Shown in pieces: positions 47,525 to 56,758 of a stretch of 64,000 nucleotides of DNA (positions are counted from its first letter, which is position 1; every line of letters begins with the position of its first letter). The notes below the pieces were generated by a model, which worked only from the letters and a program-made list of their open reading frames with translations, was not told the origin of the DNA and did not search any database. The DNA is from Sedimentisphaerales bacterium. Its GTDB lineage: Bacteria > Planctomycetota > Phycisphaerae > Sedimentisphaerales > Anaerobacaceae. The DNA lies in the NCBI GenBank assembly GCA_040772485.1, contig JAXGYC010000007.1, forward strand, positions 320,001-384,000, written 5' to 3'. A program made the translations under genes and the position numbers.

Positions 47525-50500
47525 CTACGGCCCCTCCCAGCGCAGGCGGGGATAGTCCTGCTCCTCGCGAATCGTCCAGACCGTATCGAAGTCCCAGCCG
47601 ACAAAACTGCTCTGCTGCCGCATCTGCTCACCGGTCAAGCCTGAACCATACGCGTTGCTGACGCCCCTACTGGCAGTGCGGGCGAGAAAATAGCAGTTCT
47701 GCGTCAGAGGCTGGACCTTGGTCTCGACGCCCAGCAATCCGCCCACATCGGATGACTCCTCGCCGGGATCAACCACTCCGGCGGCAAAACACTGGGCGAT
47801 CTTGCCTTGCGATGGGAACAAGTCGCCCTCGCTGGCGATCCCCACGAGGCCACCGACCCCACCGCTCTCTCGCCCCGTCGTCACCTGGGCGACAGCGTAA
47901 CAGCCGGAAACCTCTGTCCAGAAATGGACTTCACCGATCAATCCACCAATGGCACGAGCTTCCTCTCCAGCACGGATATTTCCAGATGCAAAACAGCGCC
48001 TGACTTGGCCTGCCAGCGAGAAACCGACCAAGCCTCCTATATGGTAGGCGCGTGGTCCGCCCAGGATGTCACAGCGTGTGTGGCAGTCTGTGATCTGACC
48101 GGCTTCCACATCTCCCACCAACCCGCCAATGGCGCGGCTCTTTACTCCAGCAGAGACCTTGCCTGTGGCGTGACAGTTAAAAATCGTGCCATCGCTCACT
48201 CCCGCCAGGGTCCCGACGTACCACGCCTTCTCGTCGGCGGCGACATATACATCGCTCAGAGTGAGATTGAGCACCTTTGCCTGCGAGCCGAGGATTCCGA
48301 ACAGCCCCAAGTGGTTCCCGCCCTGGATCGCCAGGTTGGATATGGCATGTCCCGCACCATCGAACGAACCGGTGAAGGTCGGAATAGGCGGCTGCGTCCA
48401 CGTGATTCCTGCCAGATCAATATCATTGACGAGTCGGTAGCATCCCAGGCGATTGTGGTGATTGATCGCAACCAGATCCTCAGGGCTTGCTATCCGGTAT
48501 GGCTCTTCGAGTGTTCCTTGGCCGCTCAAAGAGCGAGGGCTATACCCCTTGTCGAACCTCGCCAGGATGGGGTATCCGCCCTTCTCCGGCATCCGCCAGA
48601 CATCAGCCAGACCGTTCCGCCGCTCATCCACGAAATCCCACCCCGCATCCAGAAATGTCTGCCGGTCGTGCATCTCCGCAGTAGGCAGGCCCCTGCCGGC
48701 ATCGCTCTCCGTCAGGCCGCTGACCTGCATATCCCAGAAGCAGCGGTTGACTCCTTCCGCTCTCGCTTCCACCAAGCCACTGATATCGTCACACCCTTCC
48801 TCGGCGAGTATCTTGCCCGCCGCGTAACAGCCGACGATGGTACACATGTAGTTATACCCCGTCAGACCACCAATATTCTCGGTGCCGGAGGCGGCAGATA
48901 TCTCGACGCGCGCGTAACAATCTCGGATCGACCCCATGCGAGTGTCTCCGACCAGTCCGCCCAGAAAGAGGCTGTTGCGCCCGGCAGAGATACTCCCCGT
49001 GACATAGCAGTTGCTGATATGACCACCGCTCGACCCGGCCAACCCCCCAATCCCTCTGAGGCCGTCCGGCCCCACTATGGACACACGCTCAACTCCGAGG
49101 TCGCGAACCCAGGCCCCGCCACTGATGCATCCAAAGAGCCCCAGGTCACCTGGCATAGTGCTGCGAATGGAGAGGTTCGTGATCCGGTGGCCATCGCCGT
49201 CAAACCCTCCGGTGAATTCCGGTATAGGGGCGTTGCCCCACATGATGCCCGAGAGGTCGATATCCGACGTCAGCTTGTAGTAGGCCGGTTTCGTTTCCTC
49301 GATCGCGCTGAGGTCCTCGACCCGCGCAATCCTGTACGGATCCTGCGGTGTGCCCGACCCGGCCAATCTGTGCGGCACGTGGGTCTTTGAGAATACGGCC
49401 AGTTGCGGATATCCTCCGCCTTCGGGCATCTGCCAGATATCTGCCGTCCCATCCGAACTGTCCCCCGCAAAGTCCCAGCCGGCATCTCTGTACGTCTGGA
49501 TGTTCTGCATCTGAGACGTGGCCAATCCCCGACCGGCTGCGCTGGTTTGTGCGCCACTCGTGTCGACATCCCAGAAGCAGTTGGAGACGGCAATGAAGTC
49601 AGGACTGGGCGTCTCTCCTATGAGTCCACCAGGACCTTTGCCTGCTCCCTCTCCCGTGAGCCTTCCGACCGCGTAACAGTTGGTGATCACTCCGTGCATT
49701 GCATCACCCGAGCCCACGAGGCCGCCGATGGACCAACCGCCAATTCCGCCGGCGACGCTGCCCGTGGCATAACAATCCGTTATGACGTCGCCAGAGGACA
49801 TACCGACCAGTCCACCGAGATCCTTGGAATGGTCGGCAGCAAGGACATACCCCGAGGCGTAGCAACCCCTGACTGTTCCCCCCGTTATCTGGCCGATGAG
49901 CCCACCAACACAGTTGCTCTCGGTTCCGCTCGAGACGTCGCCCGTCGCGTAACACCTCGAAACGATACCATCGAGCGTGTCGAAATCTCCAATTAGACCA
50001 CCGAGACTCCAACTCTTTGGTCCCGCCGAGACGTGTCCCGTTGCGTGGCAGTCGTGAATCACAGCGTCCATCATGGACATTCCCACCAGCCCCCCCAGGG
50101 AGAAACTCCGCTCTCCCCCGACGACATTCGCAGCGGAATGCGAGTGAAGGACTCGACCACCAGTCTGCCCCACCAGGCCACCCAACATCATCTCACCCGT
50201 GATGACCCCGTCTGAACGACAGTTGACAATCTCTCCCATGTTCCATCCGGCAAGCCCGCCGGCGCGTTCGCCACCTGCGATAGAGACATCCTCCAGAGCC
50301 AGATCGAATATCCTGCTGGTCTCGCCCACCCGGCCGAAGAGCCCCAACCATGTCGCCGCCTCGGCCCGAATGGTGAGGTTGCGGATCTTGTGGTGAGCCC
50401 CATCGAAGCTACCGGCAAAGTCTATTCGGTCGTTGCCCCCCTCGTTCCTCATATCGGGTGCGATCACGGCGCGGTCGAAGATGCGGCGGCCGGGCAGATT

Positions 50501-50722
50501 CGGGTCGAGGTCGAGGTCGTTGACGAGGACATAGTGCTTGTCCAACAGGTTCGGATCGGCACCGATGGCAAGCAGTTGTTCAACGGTGGCGATACGGTAC
50601 GGATCGTTCGGCTCGCCCCAGCCGCCGGCAAACCCGGCTCGGAGACTCCGCGGGCCAACAAGCAAGAAGGCAAACGCAACTCCCAGACACCAAATGTGAT
50701 AGACACGAGACCGGTCTGTCAT
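47525..50722 (-). CDS. Secreted GLUG-motif repeat protein, three tandem modules
   Basis: Signal peptide; three modules each starting (F/L)xGxGxxx(D/E)PYRIA and ending GLxxxxM...GWDF; many GGLVG/GGLIG...CYATG repeats. Confidence 0.85.
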   Translation of the reverse strand: MTDRSRVYHIWCLGVAFAFLLVGPRSLRAGFAGGWGEPNDPYRIATVEQLLAIGADPNLLDKHYVLVNDLDLDPNLPGRRIFDRAVIAPDMRNEGGNDRIDFAGSFDGAHHKIRNLTIRAEAATWLGLFGRVGETSRIFDLALEDVSIAGGERAGGLAGWNMGEIVNCRSDGVITGEMMLGGLVGQTGGRVLHSHSAANVVGGERSFSLGGLVGMSMMDAVIHDCHATGHVSAGPKSWSLGGLIGDFDTLDGIVSRCYATGDVSSGTESNCVGGLIGQITGGTVRGCYASGYVLAADHSKDLGGLVGMSSGDVITDCYATGSVAGGIGGWSIGGLVGSGDAMHGVITNCYAVGRLTGEGAGKGPGGLIGETPSPDFIAVSNCFWDVDTSGAQTSAAGRGLATSQMQNIQTYRDAGWDFAGDSSDGTADIWQMPEGGGYPQLAVFSKTHVPHRLAGSGTPQDPYRIARVEDLSAIEETKPAYYKLTSDIDLSGIMWGNAPIPEFTGGFDGDGHRITNLSIRSTMPGDLGLFGCISGGAWVRDLGVERVSIVGPDGLRGIGGLAGSSGGHISNCYVTGSISAGRNSLFLGGLVGDTRMGSIRDCYARVEISAASGTENIGGLTGYNYMCTIVGCYAAGKILAEEGCDDISGLVEARAEGVNRCFWDMQVSGLTESDAGRGLPTAEMHDRQTFLDAGWDFVDERRNGLADVWRMPEKGGYPILARFDKGYSPRSLSGQGTLEEPYRIASPEDLVAINHHNRLGCYRLVNDIDLAGITWTQPPIPTFTGSFDGAGHAISNLAIQGGNHLGLFGILGSQAKVLNLTLSDVYVAADEKAWYVGTLAGVSDGTIFNCHATGKVSAGVKSRAIGGLVGDVEAGQITDCHTRCDILGGPRAYHIGGLVGFSLAGQVRRCFASGNIRAGEEARAIGGLIGEVHFWTEVSGCYAVAQVTTGRESGGVGGLVGIASEGDLFPSQGKIAQCFAAGVVDPGEESSDVGGLLGVETKVQPLTQNCYFLARTASRGVSNAYGSGLTGEQMRQQSSFVGWDFDTVWTIREEQDYPRLRWEGP

Positions 50723-50906
50723 AGGATTTCCCTCCGCAGTTTTCGTCCACAATCCACGCGTCTCCATCTCGGCACCCAGTATAGCCCCACCAAGCCGAAA
50801 TGACAACACCCATTCGTCGCGCGTCCGAAAGCCGCAGCAGACACGGCACCGCCCGATCAGCATGCACGCATGACACCGATGGAAACCCATAGACAGTGAA
50901 ATTGCC

Positions 50907-50935
50907 TTGAATTACGCAGGGTCTTGGGCTATAAA
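50907..50935 (+). promoter_or_regulatory. Probable sigma70 promoter of proS
   Basis: TTGAAT - 17 bp - TATAAA, about 95 bp upstream of the proS ATG. Confidence 0.5.
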
Positions 50936-50946
50936 TAGTGGTTCTT

Positions 50947-51001
50947 GTACGGGCGAACGATGATTCGCTCCCTGTACGGGCGAATGGTGATTCGCCCCTA
51001 C
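50947..51001. repeat. Tandem REP doublet in the proS 5' leader
   Basis: GTACGGGCGAACGATGATTCGCTCCCT followed by GTACGGGCGAATGGTGATTCGCCCCTAC. Confidence 0.8.
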
Positions 51002-51028
51002 CTACGGTGTGTTTGAGGCGTGGAGTCC

Positions 51029-52768
51029 ATGAGATACAGCCAGATGCTGATCCCGACGGTGAAGGAAGTTCCGGCCGATGCGGAGATCCCCAGTCACCAA
51101 CTGATGATCCGGGCCGGCCTGATCCGCAAGGTCGCCAGCGGGACGTACACCTATCTGCCGCTCGGGTGGCGGACCCTGAAGAAGATCATCGAGATCGTCC
51201 GCGAGGAGATGGACCGGGCCGGCGCCCAGGAGATCCTGGTGCCCTGCCTTCAGCCGCGTGAGCTGTGGCAGCAGACCGGCCGGGACGCCGACTATGGCGA
51301 GACGATGTGCCGGCTCCAGGACCGCCACGGCCGATGGAATGTCCTGGGTCCGACCGCCGAGGAGGTGTTCACCTTCCACGCGGTGCACGAGATCAGCTCG
51401 TACAAGCAACTGCCGATCAACCTCTACCAGATCAGCCCGAAGTTCCGCGACGAGTTCCGCCCGCGATTCGGCGTATTGCGCTCGCGCGAGTTCATGATGA
51501 AAGACGCGTACAGCTTCGACGCCAACCCCGAGAGCCTGCACAAGTCGTATATGGCGATGTACGATGCATACTGTCGCGTCTTCAAACGCTGTGGCGTCGA
51601 GTACGTGATCGTCGAGGCCGAGACGGGCGAAATGGGCGGCTCCGGCTCGCACCAGTTCACCGTCCCCTGCGCCTCGGGCGAGGACACCACCGTTTACACC
51701 GAAGACGGCTCGTACGCCGCCAACCTCGAGAAGGCGGCGGTCGATCCGATGCCCAAGCAGCCGGCCGCCCTGAATACGCCGCCGCCGGAGGATGTCCACA
51801 CGCCCGACGTCGGGACGATTGAAGCGGTCTGCGGGTTCCTCAAGACCACGCCGGCACAGATGATCAAGACGCTGATCTACGCCGTCGGCGATCAAGCCGT
51901 CGCGGCTCTGGTCCGAGGCGACCATGAAGTCAACGCCGAGAAGCTCACGCAGGTGCTTGGCGGCGCGCATTCGGAGCTGGCGGACGAAGCGACCATCCAG
52001 AAGGTCACCGGCGCCAGGGTCGGCTTCGCCGGGCCGGTGGGACTGGCCGGCAAGGTTTCCCGGCTGATCGTCGATCACGCGGTCGCGGCGATGGCGGTCG
52101 GCGTCGCCGGGGCCAACCGCAGCGACTACCACACCAGGAACGTCGTGCCGGGGAGGGACTTCCCGCTGGCCGGTGACAACGTCGTCGTCACCGACATCCG
52201 CAACGCGGTCCAAGGCGACACCTACCAGGGCAAGCCCCTGCGGTTCAAGAGGGGGATCGAGGTTGGGCAGGTCTTCAAGCTCGGGACCAAGTACAGCCAG
52301 AAGCTCGGAGCGACCTTCCTCGATGAGAACGGGGTCGAGACCCCTTGCCTGATGGGCTGCTACGGGATCGGGATCAACCGGATCATGGCCTCGGCGATCG
52401 AGCTGTACCACGACGAAAACGGCATCATCTGGCCGATCTCGATCGCGCCGTTCGAGGTCCTGATTACGCCGGTCAATCAGGACGACCCGGCCGTTTCCGA
52501 GGCGGCCGAGAAGATATACACGGAGCTCAAGGCTGCCGGCATCGAGGTCCTGATCGACGACCGCGATCTGCGCGGCGGCGTCAAGTTCAAGGACGCCGAC
52601 CTGATCGGCATCCCGATCCGCATCACGGTCGGCAAGAAGTCGGTTGTCGAGGGCAACGTCGAGGTGAAACTGCGGACGGAGAAGGAAAGCCACAAGACGC
52701 CGATCCAGCAGGCGTCACGGACCGTCGTCGAACTCGTCGAATCGCTCAAAAGACAATTGGAGGCATGA
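51029..52768 (+). CDS. proS: Proline--tRNA ligase (bacterial type, with INS editing domain)
   Basis: SHQLMIRAGLIR, LGPTAEE, KFRDEFRPRFG, EFMMKDAYSF, GIEVGQVFKLG and GCYGIG. Confidence 0.97.
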   Translation: MRYSQMLIPTVKEVPADAEIPSHQLMIRAGLIRKVASGTYTYLPLGWRTLKKIIEIVREEMDRAGAQEILVPCLQPRELWQQTGRDADYGETMCRLQDRHGRWNVLGPTAEEVFTFHAVHEISSYKQLPINLYQISPKFRDEFRPRFGVLRSREFMMKDAYSFDANPESLHKSYMAMYDAYCRVFKRCGVEYVIVEAETGEMGGSGSHQFTVPCASGEDTTVYTEDGSYAANLEKAAVDPMPKQPAALNTPPPEDVHTPDVGTIEAVCGFLKTTPAQMIKTLIYAVGDQAVAALVRGDHEVNAEKLTQVLGGAHSELADEATIQKVTGARVGFAGPVGLAGKVSRLIVDHAVAAMAVGVAGANRSDYHTRNVVPGRDFPLAGDNVVVTDIRNAVQGDTYQGKPLRFKRGIEVGQVFKLGTKYSQKLGATFLDENGVETPCLMGCYGIGINRIMASAIELYHDENGIIWPISIAPFEVLITPVNQDDPAVSEAAEKIYTELKAAGIEVLIDDRDLRGGVKFKDADLIGIPIRITVGKKSVVEGNVEVKLRTEKESHKTPIQQASRTVVELVESLKRQLEA

Positions 52769-52791
52769 CCGCTCGCAGTGTGCCCGCAAGA

Positions 52792-52816
52792 GCCTGCCCT
52801 GAGCTTGCCGAAGGGG
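52792..52816. repeat. Short intergenic repeat-like element GCCTGCCCTGAGCTTGCCGAAGGGG
   Basis: Resembles the CCTGAGCTTG[CT]CGAAGG intergenic repeat I recall from other genomes. Only one copy is in this window. Confidence 0.35.
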
Positions 52817-52872
52817 CATACGCAGACGAGATAATGGCTCACGGCGTCACTACATTGGACAGGAGAAACCTC

Positions 52873-53757
52873 ATGGACCCGAACAACCTCTCGCGAAGGA
52901 GTCTCATGCATAAGACCAGTTTGCTGGCAGCCGGCGCGGTCGCCGCCCGACTGACGGGCAGGACCAGCGCCATCGAGATGAGCAAGATCGAGCGCGCGGC
53001 GACGAAGGGCCGGATCAAGCAGTCGGTCAGCCGCTGGTGCTACGGCAAATGGTCGCTCGACGAACTGTGCGAGGTCTCGAAGCGGCTCGGCCTCCAGGCC
53101 ATCGATCTGCTCGGGCCGGAGGAATTCGAGACGGTCAGGAAGCACGGCCTGATCTGCTCGCTGGTCAACACCCATTCTTTGACCAACGGCCTGGCCGACA
53201 GGAAATTCCACGACGAATGCCTCGCCAAACTGCGGGAAGTCATCGATGCGACGGCGGCCGCCGGCTTTCCTACCGTGATTTCCTTCTCGGGCAACCGTCG
53301 CGGGATTCCCGACGACGTCGGTGTGGATAATGCCGTCGAGGCCCTGAAGAGGATCGCCGGCCATGCCGAACAGAAGAAGGTCACCATCGTTCTGGAGTAC
53401 CTCAACAGCAAGGTCAACCACAAGGACTACATGTTCGACCGCACCGCCTGGGGCGTCGAGGTCTGCAAGCGCGTCGGGTCCGACCGCGTCAAGATTCTCT
53501 ACGACATCTACCACGCCCAGATCATGGAAGGCGACATCATCCGGACAATTCGCGAGAACAAGGAGTATATCGGCCACTATCACACCGGCGGCAATCCCGG
53601 ACGCAATGAGATCGACGAAACACAGGAGCTGTACTACCCGGCGATCCTGCAGGCGATTGCCGAGACCGGCTACAATGGCTACGTCGCGCACGAATTCGTT
53701 CCGAAAGGCGATCCGCTGGCAGCGCTGACCTACGCGACGCGGATCTGCGACGTGTAG
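52873..53757 (+). CDS. Tat-exported hydroxypyruvate-isomerase-like TIM-barrel protein
   Basis: SRRSL Tat-like motif; KQSVSRWC, LEYLNSKVNH, LYDIYHAQIMEGD, HYHTGGNPGRNE and HEF. RBS AGGAG. Confidence 0.88.
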   Translation: MDPNNLSRRSLMHKTSLLAAGAVAARLTGRTSAIEMSKIERAATKGRIKQSVSRWCYGKWSLDELCEVSKRLGLQAIDLLGPEEFETVRKHGLICSLVNTHSLTNGLADRKFHDECLAKLREVIDATAAAGFPTVISFSGNRRGIPDDVGVDNAVEALKRIAGHAEQKKVTIVLEYLNSKVNHKDYMFDRTAWGVEVCKRVGSDRVKILYDIYHAQIMEGDIIRTIRENKEYIGHYHTGGNPGRNEIDETQELYYPAILQAIAETGYNGYVAHEFVPKGDPLAALTYATRICDV

Positions 53758-53907
53758 AGCGTTCGGAGGCATGTCTGCCGGATTCATGACGTGGCGTCAC
53801 CGTTCACCCTGCCTGCGCCGATGGTCTTTGCATCTTTGAGCCAAGTCGGGTAGACTCATAGCGCAGGTGATGTCTGTCTGGAGTCTCTGTCGTCCGAAAG
53901 AGAGCCC

Positions 53908-55041
53908 ATGGTTCGCACCAATTCTCTCGCAAAGAGCCTGGTTTGTCTGCTTGCCGTCGTTTGCACATCCGTCCCGGCCAGGGCGGAGTTTCTCAGCCGC
54001 AAGCAGGCCAAGCACTGTCCGCGCGGCCGGGTCGCGTGCCTGCCGAGTCCGACCATGGGTTCGCGCTACCTGGATGCAGACAATCTCGGCAAGCACTCCT
54101 ACGGATTCGCACTGTGGGAACAGAACGGCATCGTCTACACCTGTCGCGGCGGACACGTCGATGTCACGCATCTGCGCAAGGTCGCCGACTGGACCGGATA
54201 CCTCGCTCACCACATCCGCAACATGCTGACCAAGGACTTGATGGAGTTGTCGTACAAACTGTGGGAGCCTTCGAAGTATCACCTCCGGCTGGACTATCCG
54301 AGAGGCTGGCAGTACTTGCCGCTGGAGACCCGAGACGCCATCATCCGTGAAGTCGCGATCGATCTGGCTGCGTATCTGGCCTACACCGCGAGTATCTGGC
54401 ATGAGATTCTCACCTGGCATGGGTTCAAGGGCGCCGGCGTCTACCCCGAATACCAATCGGCTTTCTCATGGGAAGACAACTACTCCAACGCGTTGGGCGC
54501 CCATATTGGCGTCCTGGCGCTGCGGGATCCTGATCGCAAATTCAACGAGGCCGTCACCTGGCATCTGGACCAGGAAATCCGGCGGCTCGGAGGCCAGCCG
54601 AAACGAGTGGCTCGTCAGACCGCAGAAGCCGTCCGCGGCTTGTGGTTCACGGGCGGGTACGTCGTCGTAACCATGGTCAAGAGACATCTCGACATCGGCA
54701 TCGATGATGGGTGGATCGCCCCGTGGCTTGTGCCCGGCGTGGCGGACTGTCCGGACGAGCAGCCGAAGCTCTGTGTGGCCCCCAGCCTGAAAAGCGTCGA
54801 GAGACATGGGTTCCACGTGACCATGGAGATCGAGCCGAAAGAATGGGAGAAGGGCCAGATCCTGAAGAAGGCGTACCCGGATCCACAAGACAGGCGGGAT
54901 CGCATCGACCCGACGGAACACTTGGCTGCCATCGTGGAAGCCATCCGAAGCGAAACCATCGAGTGGTACGGGCCACGTGCCGACGAATACGAGATTCCGG
55001 CCCACCTGGCGCACGCCGAGGAGCTGGACCACGACGGCTGA
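53908..55041 (+). CDS. DUF4056-family exported protein
   Basis: Signal peptide; GIVYTCRGGHVDVTHLR..ADWT, WHEILTW and SAFSWEDNYSNALG. Confidence 0.72.
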   Translation: MVRTNSLAKSLVCLLAVVCTSVPARAEFLSRKQAKHCPRGRVACLPSPTMGSRYLDADNLGKHSYGFALWEQNGIVYTCRGGHVDVTHLRKVADWTGYLAHHIRNMLTKDLMELSYKLWEPSKYHLRLDYPRGWQYLPLETRDAIIREVAIDLAAYLAYTASIWHEILTWHGFKGAGVYPEYQSAFSWEDNYSNALGAHIGVLALRDPDRKFNEAVTWHLDQEIRRLGGQPKRVARQTAEAVRGLWFTGGYVVVTMVKRHLDIGIDDGWIAPWLVPGVADCPDEQPKLCVAPSLKSVERHGFHVTMEIEPKEWEKGQILKKAYPDPQDRRDRIDPTEHLAAIVEAIRSETIEWYGPRADEYEIPAHLAHAEELDHDG

Positions 55042-55063
55042 AACGGAGTGATCATCGCATCGC

Positions 55064-55615
55064 ATGTGGGAACCCAAGGAGCCCAACCCGGTCAAGTACA
55101 TCGTCGGAATACTCGCCTGCGACGAACGCGGCCTGGTAGCCGCCAGGGACGCGGCGGCCTCGCAGCTTGGCCCCCTCGATCTGATCAGTGACATCTGGCC
55201 GTTCGAGAAGACCGACTACTACCGGGACCAGACCGGTCCGGCCATCCTCCGGCAGTTCGTTTCGCTCGAACGGCTCGCCGACCCAGGCGAGTTGGCCCAG
55301 ATCAAGCACCGGACCAACCGAATCGAGCAGGAGCTGGCCGCGATGCTGGCCGGGCCCTATCCTCGACCGGTCAATCTCGATCCGGGCATCATCGAGCCAT
55401 CCAAGCTCGTCCTCGCCACGACCAAAAACTACGCGCACCGCGTCTACATCGGCGCGAAAATGTACGCCGAGGTCACGCTTGTCTTTGACAGAGGCGCGTG
55501 GTGTCCTCTACCATACACCTATCCGGACTACCGCCAGCAGACCTATTTCGACTTCTTCAGCGAAGTGCGAGTGCGGCTCTTGCAGCAGCGGAAATCGGAA
55601 ACGCACGAGAAATGA
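55064..55615 (+). CDS. DUF4416-family protein
   Basis: TDYY, K..TN.IE, R.VNLDPG, LVLATTKNYAHRVY and PYTYPDY. Confidence 0.8.
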   Translation: MWEPKEPNPVKYIVGILACDERGLVAARDAAASQLGPLDLISDIWPFEKTDYYRDQTGPAILRQFVSLERLADPGELAQIKHRTNRIEQELAAMLAGPYPRPVNLDPGIIEPSKLVLATTKNYAHRVYIGAKMYAEVTLVFDRGAWCPLPYTYPDYRQQTYFDFFSEVRVRLLQQRKSETHEK

Positions 55616-55654
55616 CTTGCCGTGCCGAGCCGGACGGACGGCGTTGAGGAGACT

Positions 55655-56758
55655 ATGCTGATTCTACTGGCCGTAGCCCTGCTCGCCGGCGCCTGTTCCT
55701 GTTCCGCCCTGCTGACCGCCGGCGCCAAGAAACTGGCGCCGCGTCTGGGGCTTCTGGCCTATCCCCAGGCGGATCGTTATCATCGCAGCGTCATCCCCCT
55801 CGGTGGAGGCATCGCAATCTTCGGCACGCTGGCGATCTTCATTGTCGCAGCGGCAGGCGTCGTGCGGTTTCTGGTCGCCCCAGGGCATCTGGGTCAAATG
55901 GCAGACCGGCTGAACATCGTCCCGGCCGATTTCCTGCGCCGATGCGACGAACTGGCGGTCGTTCTGATCTGCGCTGCAATCCTCTTTGCCGTCGGACTTT
56001 GGGACGACAGAAGACCTCTGGGACCTTTCGTGAAGCTCGCGGTGCAGTGTCTGGTCGCGCTGCTGGCCGCAACGGCGGCGGAGATTCGCGTCGAGTTCTT
56101 CATCGACAACCGCATCATCACATCGGCGATTTCCGCTCTCTGGATCGTCGTGATCATCAATTCCTTCAATTTCCTCGACAACATGGATGGCGCCTCGGCC
56201 GGCATCGCCGCCATCGCCGGGGCCATCCTGTTCGTCGCGGCCGCCTTCAACGAGCAGGTCTTCGTCGGAGGACTGGCTATCGTGTTCGTCGGGACCCTGC
56301 TGGGCTTTCTGGCGTTCAACTTCCCGCCCGCCTCGATCTTCATGGGCGATGCAGGCTCCCTCGTGGTCGGCTTCTTCGTCGCCCTGCTGACGCTGCGCAC
56401 GACGTACTACCAGCAGGACCAGAGCGGACCGTGGTACCCCGTGCTGATGCCGCTGGTGGTGATGGCGGTGCCGCTCTACGACCTGACCAGCGTAACGTTG
56501 CTGCGCCTGCGTCAGGGCAAGAGTCCGTTCGTCGGGGACACGCAGCACTTCTCGCACCGTTTGCGGCGACGCGGCCTGACTGACACCCAGACCGTGCTGA
56601 TGCTGTATCTTGCTACGCTCTGTTGCGGCCTGGGCGCGACGTTTCTCTATCAGGTCAACCTCGTCGGGGCCGTCCTGATCTTCGCACAGACCTTCCTGAT
56701 CCTGGCCATCATCGCCATCTTCGAAAGCACGGTCCGACATGGGAAGGACATCGACTAA
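55655..56758 (+). CDS. MraY/WecA-family undecaprenyl-phosphate sugar-1-phosphate transferase (Glycos_transf_4)
   Basis: P.GGGIAI, GLWDD, NSFNFLDNMDG, FNFPPASIFMGDAGS and HFSHRL. Confidence 0.9.
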   Translation: MLILLAVALLAGACSCSALLTAGAKKLAPRLGLLAYPQADRYHRSVIPLGGGIAIFGTLAIFIVAAAGVVRFLVAPGHLGQMADRLNIVPADFLRRCDELAVVLICAAILFAVGLWDDRRPLGPFVKLAVQCLVALLAATAAEIRVEFFIDNRIITSAISALWIVVIINSFNFLDNMDGASAGIAAIAGAILFVAAAFNEQVFVGGLAIVFVGTLLGFLAFNFPPASIFMGDAGSLVVGFFVALLTLRTTYYQQDQSGPWYPVLMPLVVMAVPLYDLTSVTLLRLRQGKSPFVGDTQHFSHRLRRRGLTDTQTVLMLYLATLCCGLGATFLYQVNLVGAVLIFAQTFLILAIIAIFESTVRHGKDID

